Shown: piece by piece, positions 47,801-56,551 of the stretch
Layout: each line of letters begins with the position of its first letter
Position numbering within the stretch: position 1 is the first letter of the stretch
NCBI GenBank assembly: GCA_026391795.1
Contig: JAPLDI010000049.1
Coordinates: 98,594-162,593 of the forward strand
Origin: Bacteroidota bacterium
Lineage (GTDB): Bacteria > Bacteroidota > Bacteroidia > Bacteroidales > FEN-979
Reading direction: 5' to 3'
DNA: 64,000 nt
Notes under the pieces: generated by a model
What the model was told of the DNA's origin: nothing
Databases searched by the model: none
What the model saw: only the letters and a program-made list of their open reading frames with translations
Translations under genes and position numbers: made by a program

Positions 47801-49447
47801 ATGAAAAAATCATGCCTTTTTGTTTTATTCTTATCAGCTTTATATTCAGCAACTAACGCCCAGGTGAAAATGAAAGCCGACCTTATCCTCATCAACGGGA
47901 AGGTTTGTACCGTCGACCAGAAATTCAACTATGCGGAAGCTTTTGCAGTTAAAAACGGGATGTTTGCTGCGATTGGAAGTACTGATCAGATCTTGAAGCA
48001 TTATAATTCCGATTCGGTTGTAGATGCCAAAGGGAACTTTGTTTACCCGGGGTTTATCGATGCACATTGCCATTTTTTTGGATATGCGCTCAGTCTTCGT
48101 GAAATCAACCTCACTGGAATCCGGTCATTCAAGGAGATAACCGGACTTCTCCTGATACAACAGGACCGTTATCCCGGAGAGTGGATTGTTGGCAGGGGAT
48201 GGGATCAGAATCTATGGGATAAAAAAGAATTTCCGGACCGAACGGAGCTGGATATTTTATTTCCGGAACGGCCGGTTGTACTGATACGGATTGACGGTCA
48301 TGCCCTGCTTGCCAATGGGGAAGCACTCAAACGGGCCGGTATCCATGAACAAAACAAATTTTCGCCAGGGGAGGTCGAAATGAAGAATGGACGGATGACC
48401 GGGATATTAAGTGAAAATGCTGCCGATCGGATGAGAAACACGATTCCTTTACCATCAAAAAAGGAACAGGTGACCCTGCTGAAGTGGGCCCAGTCGAACT
48501 GCTTTGCTGCCGGATTAACCGGGGTAGCCGATGCAGGACTCGACTTTCCGGTCGTAACCTTCATGGATTCACTTCAGCAACAGGGAACGTTGAAAATGCG
48601 GCTTTATGTCATGTTGAATCCCAATGAAGAAAACATTCAGAATTTTATCCAGGAAGGACAAGTTATTTCACCGATGCTGACCATCCGATCGATCAAAATA
48701 TACGCCGACGGAAGCTTGGGATCCCGGACAGCGCTTTTAAAATCCCCATACTCGGACGATCCACTGAAAACAGGGATCCAGGTTACATCTGCAGAGAGGA
48801 TCAGGGAAATATGTGAACTTGCTGCAAAATACGGTTACCAGGTTAATACCCATGCTATCGGCGACTCAGCAGTTGCAATGGTCCTGGGGATCTATGCAGA
48901 GTTCCTGAAAGGGAAGAATGACCTTCGCTGGCGCATTGAACATGCCCAGGTAGTCGATCCCTGGGATATTTACAGGTTTGGGAAATTTTCGATCATCCCT
49001 TCTGTACAGGCCACCCATGCTACATCCGATATGAAATGGGCGCCCGACAGGCTCGGTAAAAGCAGGATCAAGTGGGCCTACGCCTATAAGAACCTTCTTG
49101 ACCAGAACGGCTGGCTGCCCAATGGAACGGATTTTCCGATTGAGAAGATCAGTCCCCTTCTCAGTTTTTATGCTGCTGTAGCCAGGCAGGATTTATCGGG
49201 ATTCCCAGAAAAGGGGTTTCAGCCGGAGAATGCATTGAGCCGTGAAGAAGCCCTCAGATCTGTCACAATCTGGGCAGCCAGGGCAGGCTTCCAGGAACAC
49301 CTCACCGGAAGCATTGACAATGGGAAAATGGCTGATTTTGTAATTGTGGACCGTGACCTGATGACCTGCCCGGTAAAGGAAATTCCCTTGGCCAAAGTAA
49401 TAATGACGGTTGTGGGAGGAGAAAAAGTATATAAGAATGAAAAATGA
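47801..49447 (+). CDS. Amidohydrolase-family metal-dependent hydrolase (Amidohydro_3-like), secreted
   Basis: Signal peptide present. Motifs PGFIDAHCHF, IDGHA, NTHAIGD and the C-terminal ADFVIVDRD. Confidence 0.85.
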   Translation: MKKSCLFVLFLSALYSATNAQVKMKADLILINGKVCTVDQKFNYAEAFAVKNGMFAAIGSTDQILKHYNSDSVVDAKGNFVYPGFIDAHCHFFGYALSLREINLTGIRSFKEITGLLLIQQDRYPGEWIVGRGWDQNLWDKKEFPDRTELDILFPERPVVLIRIDGHALLANGEALKRAGIHEQNKFSPGEVEMKNGRMTGILSENAADRMRNTIPLPSKKEQVTLLKWAQSNCFAAGLTGVADAGLDFPVVTFMDSLQQQGTLKMRLYVMLNPNEENIQNFIQEGQVISPMLTIRSIKIYADGSLGSRTALLKSPYSDDPLKTGIQVTSAERIREICELAAKYGYQVNTHAIGDSAVAMVLGIYAEFLKGKNDLRWRIEHAQVVDPWDIYRFGKFSIIPSVQATHATSDMKWAPDRLGKSRIKWAYAYKNLLDQNGWLPNGTDFPIEKISPLLSFYAAVARQDLSGFPEKGFQPENALSREEALRSVTIWAARAGFQEHLTGSIDNGKMADFVIVDRDLMTCPVKEIPLAKVIMTVVGGEKVYKNEK

Positions 49448-49452
49448 AAGAT

Positions 49453-49485
49453 GAAAAAGCCCCGGTGAACAAATGTCACCGAGGC
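49453..49485 (-). terminator. Hairpin + T-run on the minus strand, downstream of 49512-50135
   Basis: gcc-c-cggtga / tcaccg-a-ggc stem with a 7-nt loop. On the minus strand it is followed by ttttt. Confidence 0.5.
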
Positions 49486-49511
49486 TCGATTATGAATTCC
49501 TGCAGCACTAT

Positions 49512-50135
49512 TTATTTTTTAAACACATTTTTTACCAGGAAGTCTCCAAGATTGTCTCCGGCCCTGTCATAGGCACTCTGTATCCTTGTTCCCGTATCAT
49601 AATCATATCCCATCATGTTGACACTGTCTTCCCGTTTCATGATCATGCTTGCCAGGACAGTGCCAGGGTTAGCAGTTTCAATCAGATCCACTTCTACCTT
49701 GATCCAGGCATTCTGACGGGTAATCCCGATATTATATCCAGGCTCTGTAAAAGTCGTCCGGATGATCAGGGTGTATTTTGCGTCGGAGGCATTCTCTTTA
49801 CAACTGACATTGAACTTTCCGACGACTTCATTCAGGTTTTTTTCAAAAGTGGGTTGAAATTTAGAAGTTCTGTCATTTTTCCAGGCTTCTGCCCAACGGT
49901 CTCCATCACCGGGTTTTTTCTTATTCATGTCCGCGGTACGGTCAGCAACATAATCATCTGCGTTTTTAAATTTGCCGACAGCCATTTTGGAATAATCATA
50001 TTGAAGGTTGATAACTGGCTGTCCTTTAAGGACACTCACATCTCCCGAAATCAACTTGCACTGCGCGAAAATCGCAGTTACCGGATACAGGAATGCTGTC
50101 ATTAGCAAAAGGATACTGATTTTTTTCATATACAT
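49512..50135 (-). CDS. Secreted hypothetical protein
   Basis: The signal peptide MKKISILLLMTAFLYPVTAIFA favours this strand over the antisense ORF at 49473-50105. No family recognised. Confidence 0.5.
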   Translation of the reverse strand: MYMKKISILLLMTAFLYPVTAIFAQCKLISGDVSVLKGQPVINLQYDYSKMAVGKFKNADDYVADRTADMNKKKPGDGDRWAEAWKNDRTSKFQPTFEKNLNEVVGKFNVSCKENASDAKYTLIIRTTFTEPGYNIGITRQNAWIKVEVDLIETANPGTVLASMIMKREDSVNMMGYDYDTGTRIQSAYDRAGDNLGDFLVKNVFKK

Positions 50136-50205
50136 AAATTAAGGGTTACCAAATAGATTTATCACAACAAATTTATTCCATTCATTCAGTAAAATCCAAA
50201 AAAAA

Positions 50206-51537
50206 TCAACTATTTTTTGTCTTCTCTCTTTTGTCGATGAATTTGAGGGGTTTGCGCGTTCCTTCAGGATATTGCATCCGGTGAATGTTTTCATCAGAAT
50301 CAAACCGGATCAGCGGGGCTACCCGCAACTTTGCCCGGAAATGATCTTTGATGGACGTCTCCCTGTGAGAGATCGGAGATTTACTTCCCACATGGATCAG
50401 TATTTCGTCAGTACCGATATCGTTTGTATAGACTTCAACTGCATAATTTGTGATGTAGTCCATGTCGTTGAGGATATCAAAAAGTGATGAAGGGTAGAGG
50501 CTGGTGCCTTTATACTTGATCATCTGGTTTTTTCTGCCGATCACGGGACCCAGCCGCATGGTTGTCCTTCCACATTTACAGGGGGCGGAATACCCGAAGC
50601 AGATATCCCCGGTTTTAAAGCGCAGCAATGGCATTCCTTCCACACCCAGGGTGGTGACTGTTACTTCTCCGCATTCACCCTCCTTCACGGGCTGATCCTG
50701 GTCGTTCAGCAACTCGGCAATAATCAGTTCAGGGTGATGATGTCCTCCGACGCCTTCTCCGCATTCCGTGAAAGATGTTCCCATCTCGGTGGAAGCATAG
50801 GTGGAATAGAGCCGGATCGGCCATTTTTCGAGGATCTTTCTTCCAAGAGTATTGGGAGTGAAATCGGAGTTCCTTAGCGGTTCCCCGATACAGATGGCTT
50901 TTCGGATGCTGCTCGTACGATAGTCAATCTGATTCGCTTCAGCATATTCGATTATTTTCAGGATGAAGGAAGGTACTGTAATGATGGCCGTTGGCTTGAT
51001 CCTGCGGATTGTATCCCATTGTAATTCTGGGATCCCGTTCCCGACCCTGACCACACCGGCTCCCATTTTCCGGATCCCAAGGAAATACGCGAGACCAGCC
51101 ATAAACCGTTTGTCAATGGTTGTCATAAGCTGGTAAACATCATCTGGTGAGCCGTCTGCACAGGTAAATGATATTGCCTCATTGTAGGCCAGCCGATCAA
51201 GATCTTTGTCGGTCATGGCAAAGGTCACCGGGTCTCCGAGAGTGCCTGAAGTGGTTATGTAATCGATGATGGAGCTTTTCGGAACGCAGATAAATTCATC
51301 GTTTCGTTGCTGAAGATCTTCTTTTGTGGTTGTCGGGATCGTAACCAGATCTGCAATGCTTTTAATCCGGGTGATGTCAATCCTGCTCCTGAGAAAATGC
51401 TCCGAGTAGAATTTTGAATTCTCCTTTAAGTAAATCAGCTGCTGCTGGAGCTTAATTTCCTGAAACTTCCGGATCTCTTCAACTGGTTTTCTTTCAATCT
51501 CAGGAAAAAAGGAAAGATCGTGATGCTGTCCTGTCAC
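50206..51537 (-). CDS. Phenylacetate-CoA ligase / F390-synthetase-like adenylate-forming enzyme
   Basis: 443 aa. TTSGTLGDPV (AMP-binding core), STYASTE and the PaaK-like N-terminus (EEIRKFQEIKLQQQLIYLKENSKFY). Confidence 0.8.
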   Translation of the reverse strand: MTGQHHDLSFFPEIERKPVEEIRKFQEIKLQQQLIYLKENSKFYSEHFLRSRIDITRIKSIADLVTIPTTTKEDLQQRNDEFICVPKSSIIDYITTSGTLGDPVTFAMTDKDLDRLAYNEAISFTCADGSPDDVYQLMTTIDKRFMAGLAYFLGIRKMGAGVVRVGNGIPELQWDTIRRIKPTAIITVPSFILKIIEYAEANQIDYRTSSIRKAICIGEPLRNSDFTPNTLGRKILEKWPIRLYSTYASTEMGTSFTECGEGVGGHHHPELIIAELLNDQDQPVKEGECGEVTVTTLGVEGMPLLRFKTGDICFGYSAPCKCGRTTMRLGPVIGRKNQMIKYKGTSLYPSSLFDILNDMDYITNYAVEVYTNDIGTDEILIHVGSKSPISHRETSIKDHFRAKLRVAPLIRFDSDENIHRMQYPEGTRKPLKFIDKREKTKNS

Positions 51538-51549
51538 AATATAGTCTCT

Positions 51550-52293
51550 CTAAAATTTAACCCCGACCAGAAAACGAAATGTGTCGTTGTCGACATAATG
51601 ATTGGGTTTGAGGCCGTCAAAATCATTGTAAAGGGTCTGTCCATAATTATACTGGAACGAAAATAGCATAATGGAATACCGGATGTTCATGCTGAACTCA
51701 TTCTGGAAAAGATTCATGCCCCATTCATCGTTGTACTTACCCCGGACGATATGATGAAGGTAAGCAACATAGGCATTCAGTTTATAGGAAAGATCGATAA
51801 TCAGCTTATCAACAGGGCAAATGGAGATTACCGGGCCGAATTTCTGACCACCATAATAATACCAGTATTTTGTTTTTGGACCTGCAGTCGTATCGGACTT
51901 AATGGAGTTGAAATTAAAGGAGAAGAAGGTGGCATCAAGTCCGACGCGGAGGTGGTTATTGGCAAATGCCGGTCCGAAATAGATCAGGAACCCCATGTCA
52001 ATTGCAGCACCCATTTTTGCAGGGAAATAGATGGGATCATCTTTCGGATCTGTATCATGCAATATCTGCCCAGAGGCATAGTTTCCCAGAGGGAAGACGG
52101 GGCCGATCTTAAAGTAGAAACCGGAAGTTATGGAACGGGGCATTTGTGACTGGCCGATCACAGGAGAAGCTGGCTGGGTCTGGATCTGCTCCTGTGGCTG
52201 TTGCGTCGGTGATACCGTATCTTTTACCTGTGCAGAGGAAATATATGGAAGAAGGAAAGTTATCAGGAGTATAGTCAATAAATATTTTTTCAT
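51550..52293 (-). CDS. Putative outer-membrane beta-barrel protein
   Basis: Signal peptide and a Gln/Pro-rich linker. Alternating hydrophobic strands. C-terminal VGVKF. Confidence 0.5.
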   Translation of the reverse strand: MKKYLLTILLITFLLPYISSAQVKDTVSPTQQPQEQIQTQPASPVIGQSQMPRSITSGFYFKIGPVFPLGNYASGQILHDTDPKDDPIYFPAKMGAAIDMGFLIYFGPAFANNHLRVGLDATFFSFNFNSIKSDTTAGPKTKYWYYYGGQKFGPVISICPVDKLIIDLSYKLNAYVAYLHHIVRGKYNDEWGMNLFQNEFSMNIRYSIMLFSFQYNYGQTLYNDFDGLKPNHYVDNDTFRFLVGVKF

Positions 52294-52354
52294 ATTGAAA
52301 GGATTTAGATGACGTTCTGAATGAGTTTCAAATATACAGAAAAAAGGATAACTG

Positions 52355-53437
52355 TCAATGATAATTAAAATAAACCATATGTTGGTGAAGTCGATTGTGA
52401 ATCACGGATTTTTCCTCATCGGTGATTTTAAATTCATTTTTTTTGTAATTCCTGAGACTTCCGGCGAAGGAAATTATCTTCCAGCCAAGGTCTTCATTGA
52501 AATGCATGTTGAACTTTGAATATACTTTTTTTATCTCTGTAACCGGATCTGATTCGAGGTCTTCAAATCTCATCTCGAAAAATTGTTCTTCGCGAAGATA
52601 AACCTTGTCTCTTTCAATTGTTTTCAGCACTTTATCCAAACCTTCCGTTACTTCCTCAATTCCGGGGACTGAACCTTTTTTATTCAGGCTGTTCTGTCCC
52701 ATCACAATCTTCCACATATGAATTGCCGAGGGGACTACCTCTTCCGGGTTTCGTACAATATGGATAAACCGTGCCTTCGGAAACAGGGCGGCAAGTTCTT
52801 TTATCCGCATGGAGTTGAAAGGGTTTTTGGATACAATTGTTTTTCCGTGAAAATAAAACAGTTTCTGAAAATATGACTGCAACTGCCTTTCCCATTCCTT
52901 TCGCTCAGTTTCTTCTATGGGTATAAAGGGTTCATTATCCAGCAGGAAGTATGTTGAACTTTTTGGGAATACAAGGTTTTCAATCGGGGAGAACCCGGTA
53001 ATCCGGTAGATGGCATATTCATCTTCCTGCGGTTCGTTCATCCCAATCTTCACGTTATCCATAGGCCTGTTCTCCGGCAAAAGGGCAGAAAATACAGGTA
53101 CATAATAGTTGTAAGAAGAGATAAAGCAACCGGGTTCGGCGACCTGGAAGAGGGTAGGTGCTGCGAGGTCCGGGTCGAGATTCAGAAGCTGATGCAGCAA
53201 TGTTGTACCGGTTCTCCAGTGTCCGATGATGAAGATTGGATCTTCCGGAACGGTTGAGGATGCTATCTTTGTTCCATAACGTTTCCGTTCGATCCATGAA
53301 AAGAGACCTGTCCACAGTGTGGTTTGGAATAGAAAGAGGAGGTTAACAAGATTTCTGGGATGAAAGGATATGGAGTTCTTTCGGACAAGCCGGACCAGTC
53401 TTTTGAACCCAATGCCGGCGGTCAGATAGTTCTTCAA
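52355..53437 (-). CDS. Sulfotransferase family protein
   Basis: PAPS 5'-phosphosulfate-binding loop IIGHWRTGTTLLHQLL. 3'-phosphate motif FIHIVRNPEEVVPS. Confidence 0.75.
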   Translation of the reverse strand: MKNYLTAGIGFKRLVRLVRKNSISFHPRNLVNLLFLFQTTLWTGLFSWIERKRYGTKIASSTVPEDPIFIIGHWRTGTTLLHQLLNLDPDLAAPTLFQVAEPGCFISSYNYYVPVFSALLPENRPMDNVKIGMNEPQEDEYAIYRITGFSPIENLVFPKSSTYFLLDNEPFIPIEETERKEWERQLQSYFQKLFYFHGKTIVSKNPFNSMRIKELAALFPKARFIHIVRNPEEVVPSAIHMWKIVMGQNSLNKKGSVPGIEEVTEGLDKVLKTIERDKVYLREEQFFEMRFEDLESDPVTEIKKVYSKFNMHFNEDLGWKIISFAGSLRNYKKNEFKITDEEKSVIHNRLHQHMVYFNYH

Positions 53438-53448
53438 TTTTACGGGGA

Positions 53449-53736
53449 TTACAGTTTGTTTTTTTCCTTTTCAGCAAGGATAAATTCCGCAATGCTGTTG
53501 ACAGAACGAATCACATACCGGGCAGTTGTCTGATCTGCGATCCGGATTCCGTAGGAACGTTGCAGGGCCATGATGATCTCGATTGCATCCACAGAATCAA
53601 GAGTCAGTGCATTATCGCTTCCAAAAAGAGGTTTTTCATCATCCACATCTTCAGGCCTTACATCCGTAATGTTGAGGGTCTCCATGATCATTTTCTTGAT
53701 CTCGGATTTCAGTTCGGGCGTTGCTTCCTTTGTCAT
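53449..53736 (-). CDS. Acyl carrier protein
   Basis: 95 aa with LTLDSVDAIEI (DSxD phosphopantetheine attachment site). Confidence 0.8.
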   Translation of the reverse strand: MTKEATPELKSEIKKMIMETLNITDVRPEDVDDEKPLFGSDNALTLDSVDAIEIIMALQRSYGIRIADQTTARYVIRSVNSIAEFILAEKEKNKL

Positions 53737-53749
53737 AAGAGGTAAAGAG

Positions 53750-54754
53750 TTAAATTGAATTTTTCAGTTGCCTGAAAAAACGCTCTTCCGCATCAGCGCG
53801 GCTGTTAAGCATTGTTCCAAGTTCTTCCAGCCTTTCGGGTCCGAGCTCCCGGTTTTTTCCGATCCGTGATGCAAAGAGGGAGATATTCCTCCACCCATCA
53901 CCTATCTCCATCATTTCTTTCGACTTTTCGCTCCATTCCGGTTTCCCGAGTATCACTGAAGCCTGCTGAAGAAAGCTGGCATACATAAAACGGAAACCTG
54001 CTCCTCCTGTACCCTGATCTTCCAGGAGTATATTGATTTTCATGATCTCGTGTGAAAGATGCTCAATATCCCGTGCAAACGAAGGCCATTCGGTGATCTT
54101 CCTGGCAAACTTACGGATACCTTTGATACCCAAGAATGGAATCGGGATACTGAGCATGTTGAAACAGGCTTTTTTTGTTCCTTTCAGGATCGCTTTTTTG
54201 TAATCGATATCTTTGGGTATGAATTCCGGGTAAAACAGAAATCCTTTCGGCGACATGCTTCCGCCTGCAAAACGTGCTTTACGCAGGGAGGAGGATTCCA
54301 GTTCCACAAGTTTAGGAAAATAGCTGTCGGAAACGATGTACCTGGATCCGGTTTTCCCAACTACTACAATAAAATGGACATTGATATGCACCCTTTCCCA
54401 TTCAGGGAGGTAGTCCATATAAAAGAAATCGACCTGGATAGCAACAGGAATATTCTTCCCAAGAAGTTCGTCGAGCCGATTCATTCCTGTGTCGGCAGAA
54501 CGGAATTTTTCAGTATGAAATTTTATTCCTAGACGTTTAGCGAGGTTGGTTCGAATCGAGCCGGGTTTATTCCTGACAATGAAAGTAGGGAATGCAAAAG
54601 ATTTCATCTTATGGAAGTAGCCGAAGAAAATGCCGCTGGAAATGCCAAAAACGAGGGGTTCGGTAATTTCAAGCCCGGCATTGTTCAGAAGGGAGGTCAC
54701 AGCCCCAGATTCACAATGTGCAGCCATTTTATGCTTATACGTCACAGTGCTCAT
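53750..54754 (-). CDS. BtrH-N-terminal-domain protein (papain-like ACP-dependent acyltransferase/peptidase fold) + DUF4872-like C-terminus
   Basis: The N-terminus AAHCESGAVTSLLNNAGLEITEPLVFGISSGIFF resembles BtrH_N. Its ATG shares one nt with the upstream TGA (TGATG). Confidence 0.65.
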   Translation of the reverse strand: MSTVTYKHKMAAHCESGAVTSLLNNAGLEITEPLVFGISSGIFFGYFHKMKSFAFPTFIVRNKPGSIRTNLAKRLGIKFHTEKFRSADTGMNRLDELLGKNIPVAIQVDFFYMDYLPEWERVHINVHFIVVVGKTGSRYIVSDSYFPKLVELESSSLRKARFAGGSMSPKGFLFYPEFIPKDIDYKKAILKGTKKACFNMLSIPIPFLGIKGIRKFARKITEWPSFARDIEHLSHEIMKINILLEDQGTGGAGFRFMYASFLQQASVILGKPEWSEKSKEMMEIGDGWRNISLFASRIGKNRELGPERLEELGTMLNSRADAEERFFRQLKNSI

Positions 54755-55176
54755 CAGGAACCGGTTTTTGTATTGTCAGATTCATCTGTCGTCTTAACAA
54801 GTAGTTTTAGCAGATCCTTTACAGAAATGTTGAACACATCGGCATAAAGCTGCAGCGTTTCCACAGGTAATGTCTGGAAACAGGCCGCTTCAAGGTGTTT
54901 TTTTACTTTTCTCTTCCTGAACCCTGCCCGTGATGCAAGTTCGCTAAGGGTCAGATCTTCCAGGACCATAAAATAATAGATCGGACTGACTTCGCCCGAA
55001 AGTACCTTCTTTTGTAACGATTCTTCCAGGTGACGGCGTTTCAACTCGTAATCATCCAGGAAATTCTTCGTGATGTAAGAACCGGTCTGCATGGGTTCGT
55101 ATTTCCCGTCTTCCTTCTCTACGTATAGAATCACCTGCTGCTGCGGGCAATCTATGATACCATCTTTTTCTTTCAT
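54754..55176 (-). CDS. Small HTH-like protein of unknown function
   Basis: Start moved to MKEKDGII (ATG at 55176). LTLSELASRAGFRKRKVKKHL and LQLYADVFNISVKDLL resemble an XRE-type HTH. Confidence 0.45.
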   Translation of the reverse strand: MKEKDGIIDCPQQQVILYVEKEDGKYEPMQTGSYITKNFLDDYELKRRHLEESLQKKVLSGEVSPIYYFMVLEDLTLSELASRAGFRKRKVKKHLEAACFQTLPVETLQLYADVFNISVKDLLKLLVKTTDESDNTKTGS

Positions 55177-55204
55177 GGGGTGCTTCCTGATACAGAAACG
55201 GATC

Positions 55205-56395
55205 TTACTTCCGTCTTGCAAAAATAACAATGGAAACGATCATAGCCAAGATAAAAAATGCCAACAGCCGTAAAATATTCGGGAAAATAGTGACCAGCGT
55301 ACCTTCCCGGATAAAAATATCCAGGTAATTATCGATGCCCCACCGGATAGGGGAGATGAGACTGATGTACTGGATCGCTTTTGGCATTAGATAAACGGGA
55401 AGAAAAGTTCCGCTGAGTACCCCCAGGATCACGACCATCACAGAGCCGAAAAGTGCTGCTTGTCCCTGTGAACTGGCAAATGCACCCACAAGGAGTCCGA
55501 AACCGGTGGCTGCAAGGGCGGCACAAAGCGTGGCAATAATAATTACACTGAAATGCGTACTGATTTGCAGGGCAGGCATTCCGAAAAATACCGGCAAGAC
55601 CCAGATGCCCACCATCAGCATCAGGAAGAACTGGAGTGTGCAGACACCCAGGAACAGGATCACTTTTGAGGTCAAAAGAACACCAACCCTGACCGGTAAT
55701 GTCCTTAATCGTCCGAAAGAACCTTCCATCTTTTCGGTTACCATGCTCCCCGACAAGGGGATCACGATAAAGAACATGGCAAAGAGAATAAATCCGGGAA
55801 CATTGTTTTGAATGATGGAAGGCTTGATGGTCGCATTTTCTTTTGTGGCATAGATCTCCTGAACCGGCGGCATATTCCTGATGTTCGTCTCAATCAGGCC
55901 ATCGATCCCGGAGGCCATCGAAGGTGCAAGCGTTTTCAAAAGGTTTTCAATCGCAATACGGCTTTGGGTGCCTTTGATAAAGTATGTCAGTGATCCGGTT
56001 ATTGTATTTTTATAAGATGATTGAAGAGAGGGATCCACGAGAAGCCGGATGGCAGTATCCTTTGCGGCAACCACGATCCCCACAGAAAACTCACCCTCAC
56101 CGATCATTTTGCGGGCCACGGGTTCATTCACCGGTATTCCCTGCCGAAGTGAGATCAGGTGATAAAGTCCGGAACTGTCGAGGTTTTGATGCAGGATCCT
56201 TGAAAATGCCGAATGGGACTGATCGACAAAAAGAACATCTGTCTTTATCTCCTTGGATGATTTAAGGGCATTCTGCTGGGCAAGAGTTACGATCATGATA
56301 AGCAGGACAGGCATAATGAAGAGAATAGCCAGCCCTGGAATATCGCGGATAAGGATAAGGAATTCTTTCCTGAATGCGGATAGAAGTTGATGCAT
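55205..56395 (-). CDS. ABC-2 type transporter permease
   Basis: 396 aa. One N-terminal TM helix, a large loop, then 5 C-terminal TM helices, which is typical ABC-2 topology. No ATPase gene lies adjacent in the window. Confidence 0.8.
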   Translation of the reverse strand: MHQLLSAFRKEFLILIRDIPGLAILFIMPVLLIMIVTLAQQNALKSSKEIKTDVLFVDQSHSAFSRILHQNLDSSGLYHLISLRQGIPVNEPVARKMIGEGEFSVGIVVAAKDTAIRLLVDPSLQSSYKNTITGSLTYFIKGTQSRIAIENLLKTLAPSMASGIDGLIETNIRNMPPVQEIYATKENATIKPSIIQNNVPGFILFAMFFIVIPLSGSMVTEKMEGSFGRLRTLPVRVGVLLTSKVILFLGVCTLQFFLMLMVGIWVLPVFFGMPALQISTHFSVIIIATLCAALAATGFGLLVGAFASSQGQAALFGSVMVVILGVLSGTFLPVYLMPKAIQYISLISPIRWGIDNYLDIFIREGTLVTIFPNILRLLAFFILAMIVSIVIFARRK

Positions 56396-56399
56396 AGTG

Positions 56400-56407
56400 C
56401 AAAGATA
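56400..56407 (-). promoter_or_regulatory. -7 box TATCTTTG only 4 nt upstream of the ABC-2 start codon
   Basis: The reverse strand reads TATCTTTGCACT-ATG. Confidence 0.35.
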
Positions 56408-56426
56408 GGAAAAGACGGCTTTGAAA

Positions 56427-56454
56427 AATTACGAATTACAAATTACGAATTATG
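56427..56454. repeat. Tandem heptamers, AATTACG family (aattacg aattaca aattacg aattatg), in a divergent intergenic region
   Basis: Read directly. Confidence 0.8.
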
Positions 56455-56483
56455 GATTTAAAATGAAATAGAGACAGAAAAAG

Positions 56484-56491
56484 TACGTTTG
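56484..56491 (+). promoter_or_regulatory. -7 box TACGTTTG upstream of the lipoprotein gene
   Basis: Matches TAnnTTTG. It overlaps the tracked TTG start at 56489, which argues for the ATG at 56552 as the true start. Confidence 0.45.
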
Positions 56492-56551
56492 AGTAAGGTT
56501 GTAAATTCTGAAGAAATCCATGTGGATTTCAAACCTCAAAGAAGAAATAGC

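Noticed and set aside
49473-50105. 210-aa plus-strand ORF fully overlapping the 207-aa minus-strand ORF
   Set aside because: The minus-strand product has a clean signal peptide and balanced composition. The plus-strand product is Cys/His/Phe-rich nonsense with a non-ATG start.
54548-54557. GGTTCGAATC, a tRNA T-loop-like motif
   Set aside because: It lies inside the BtrH-like CDS. No acceptor or anticodon stems can be drawn around it, so it is coincidental.
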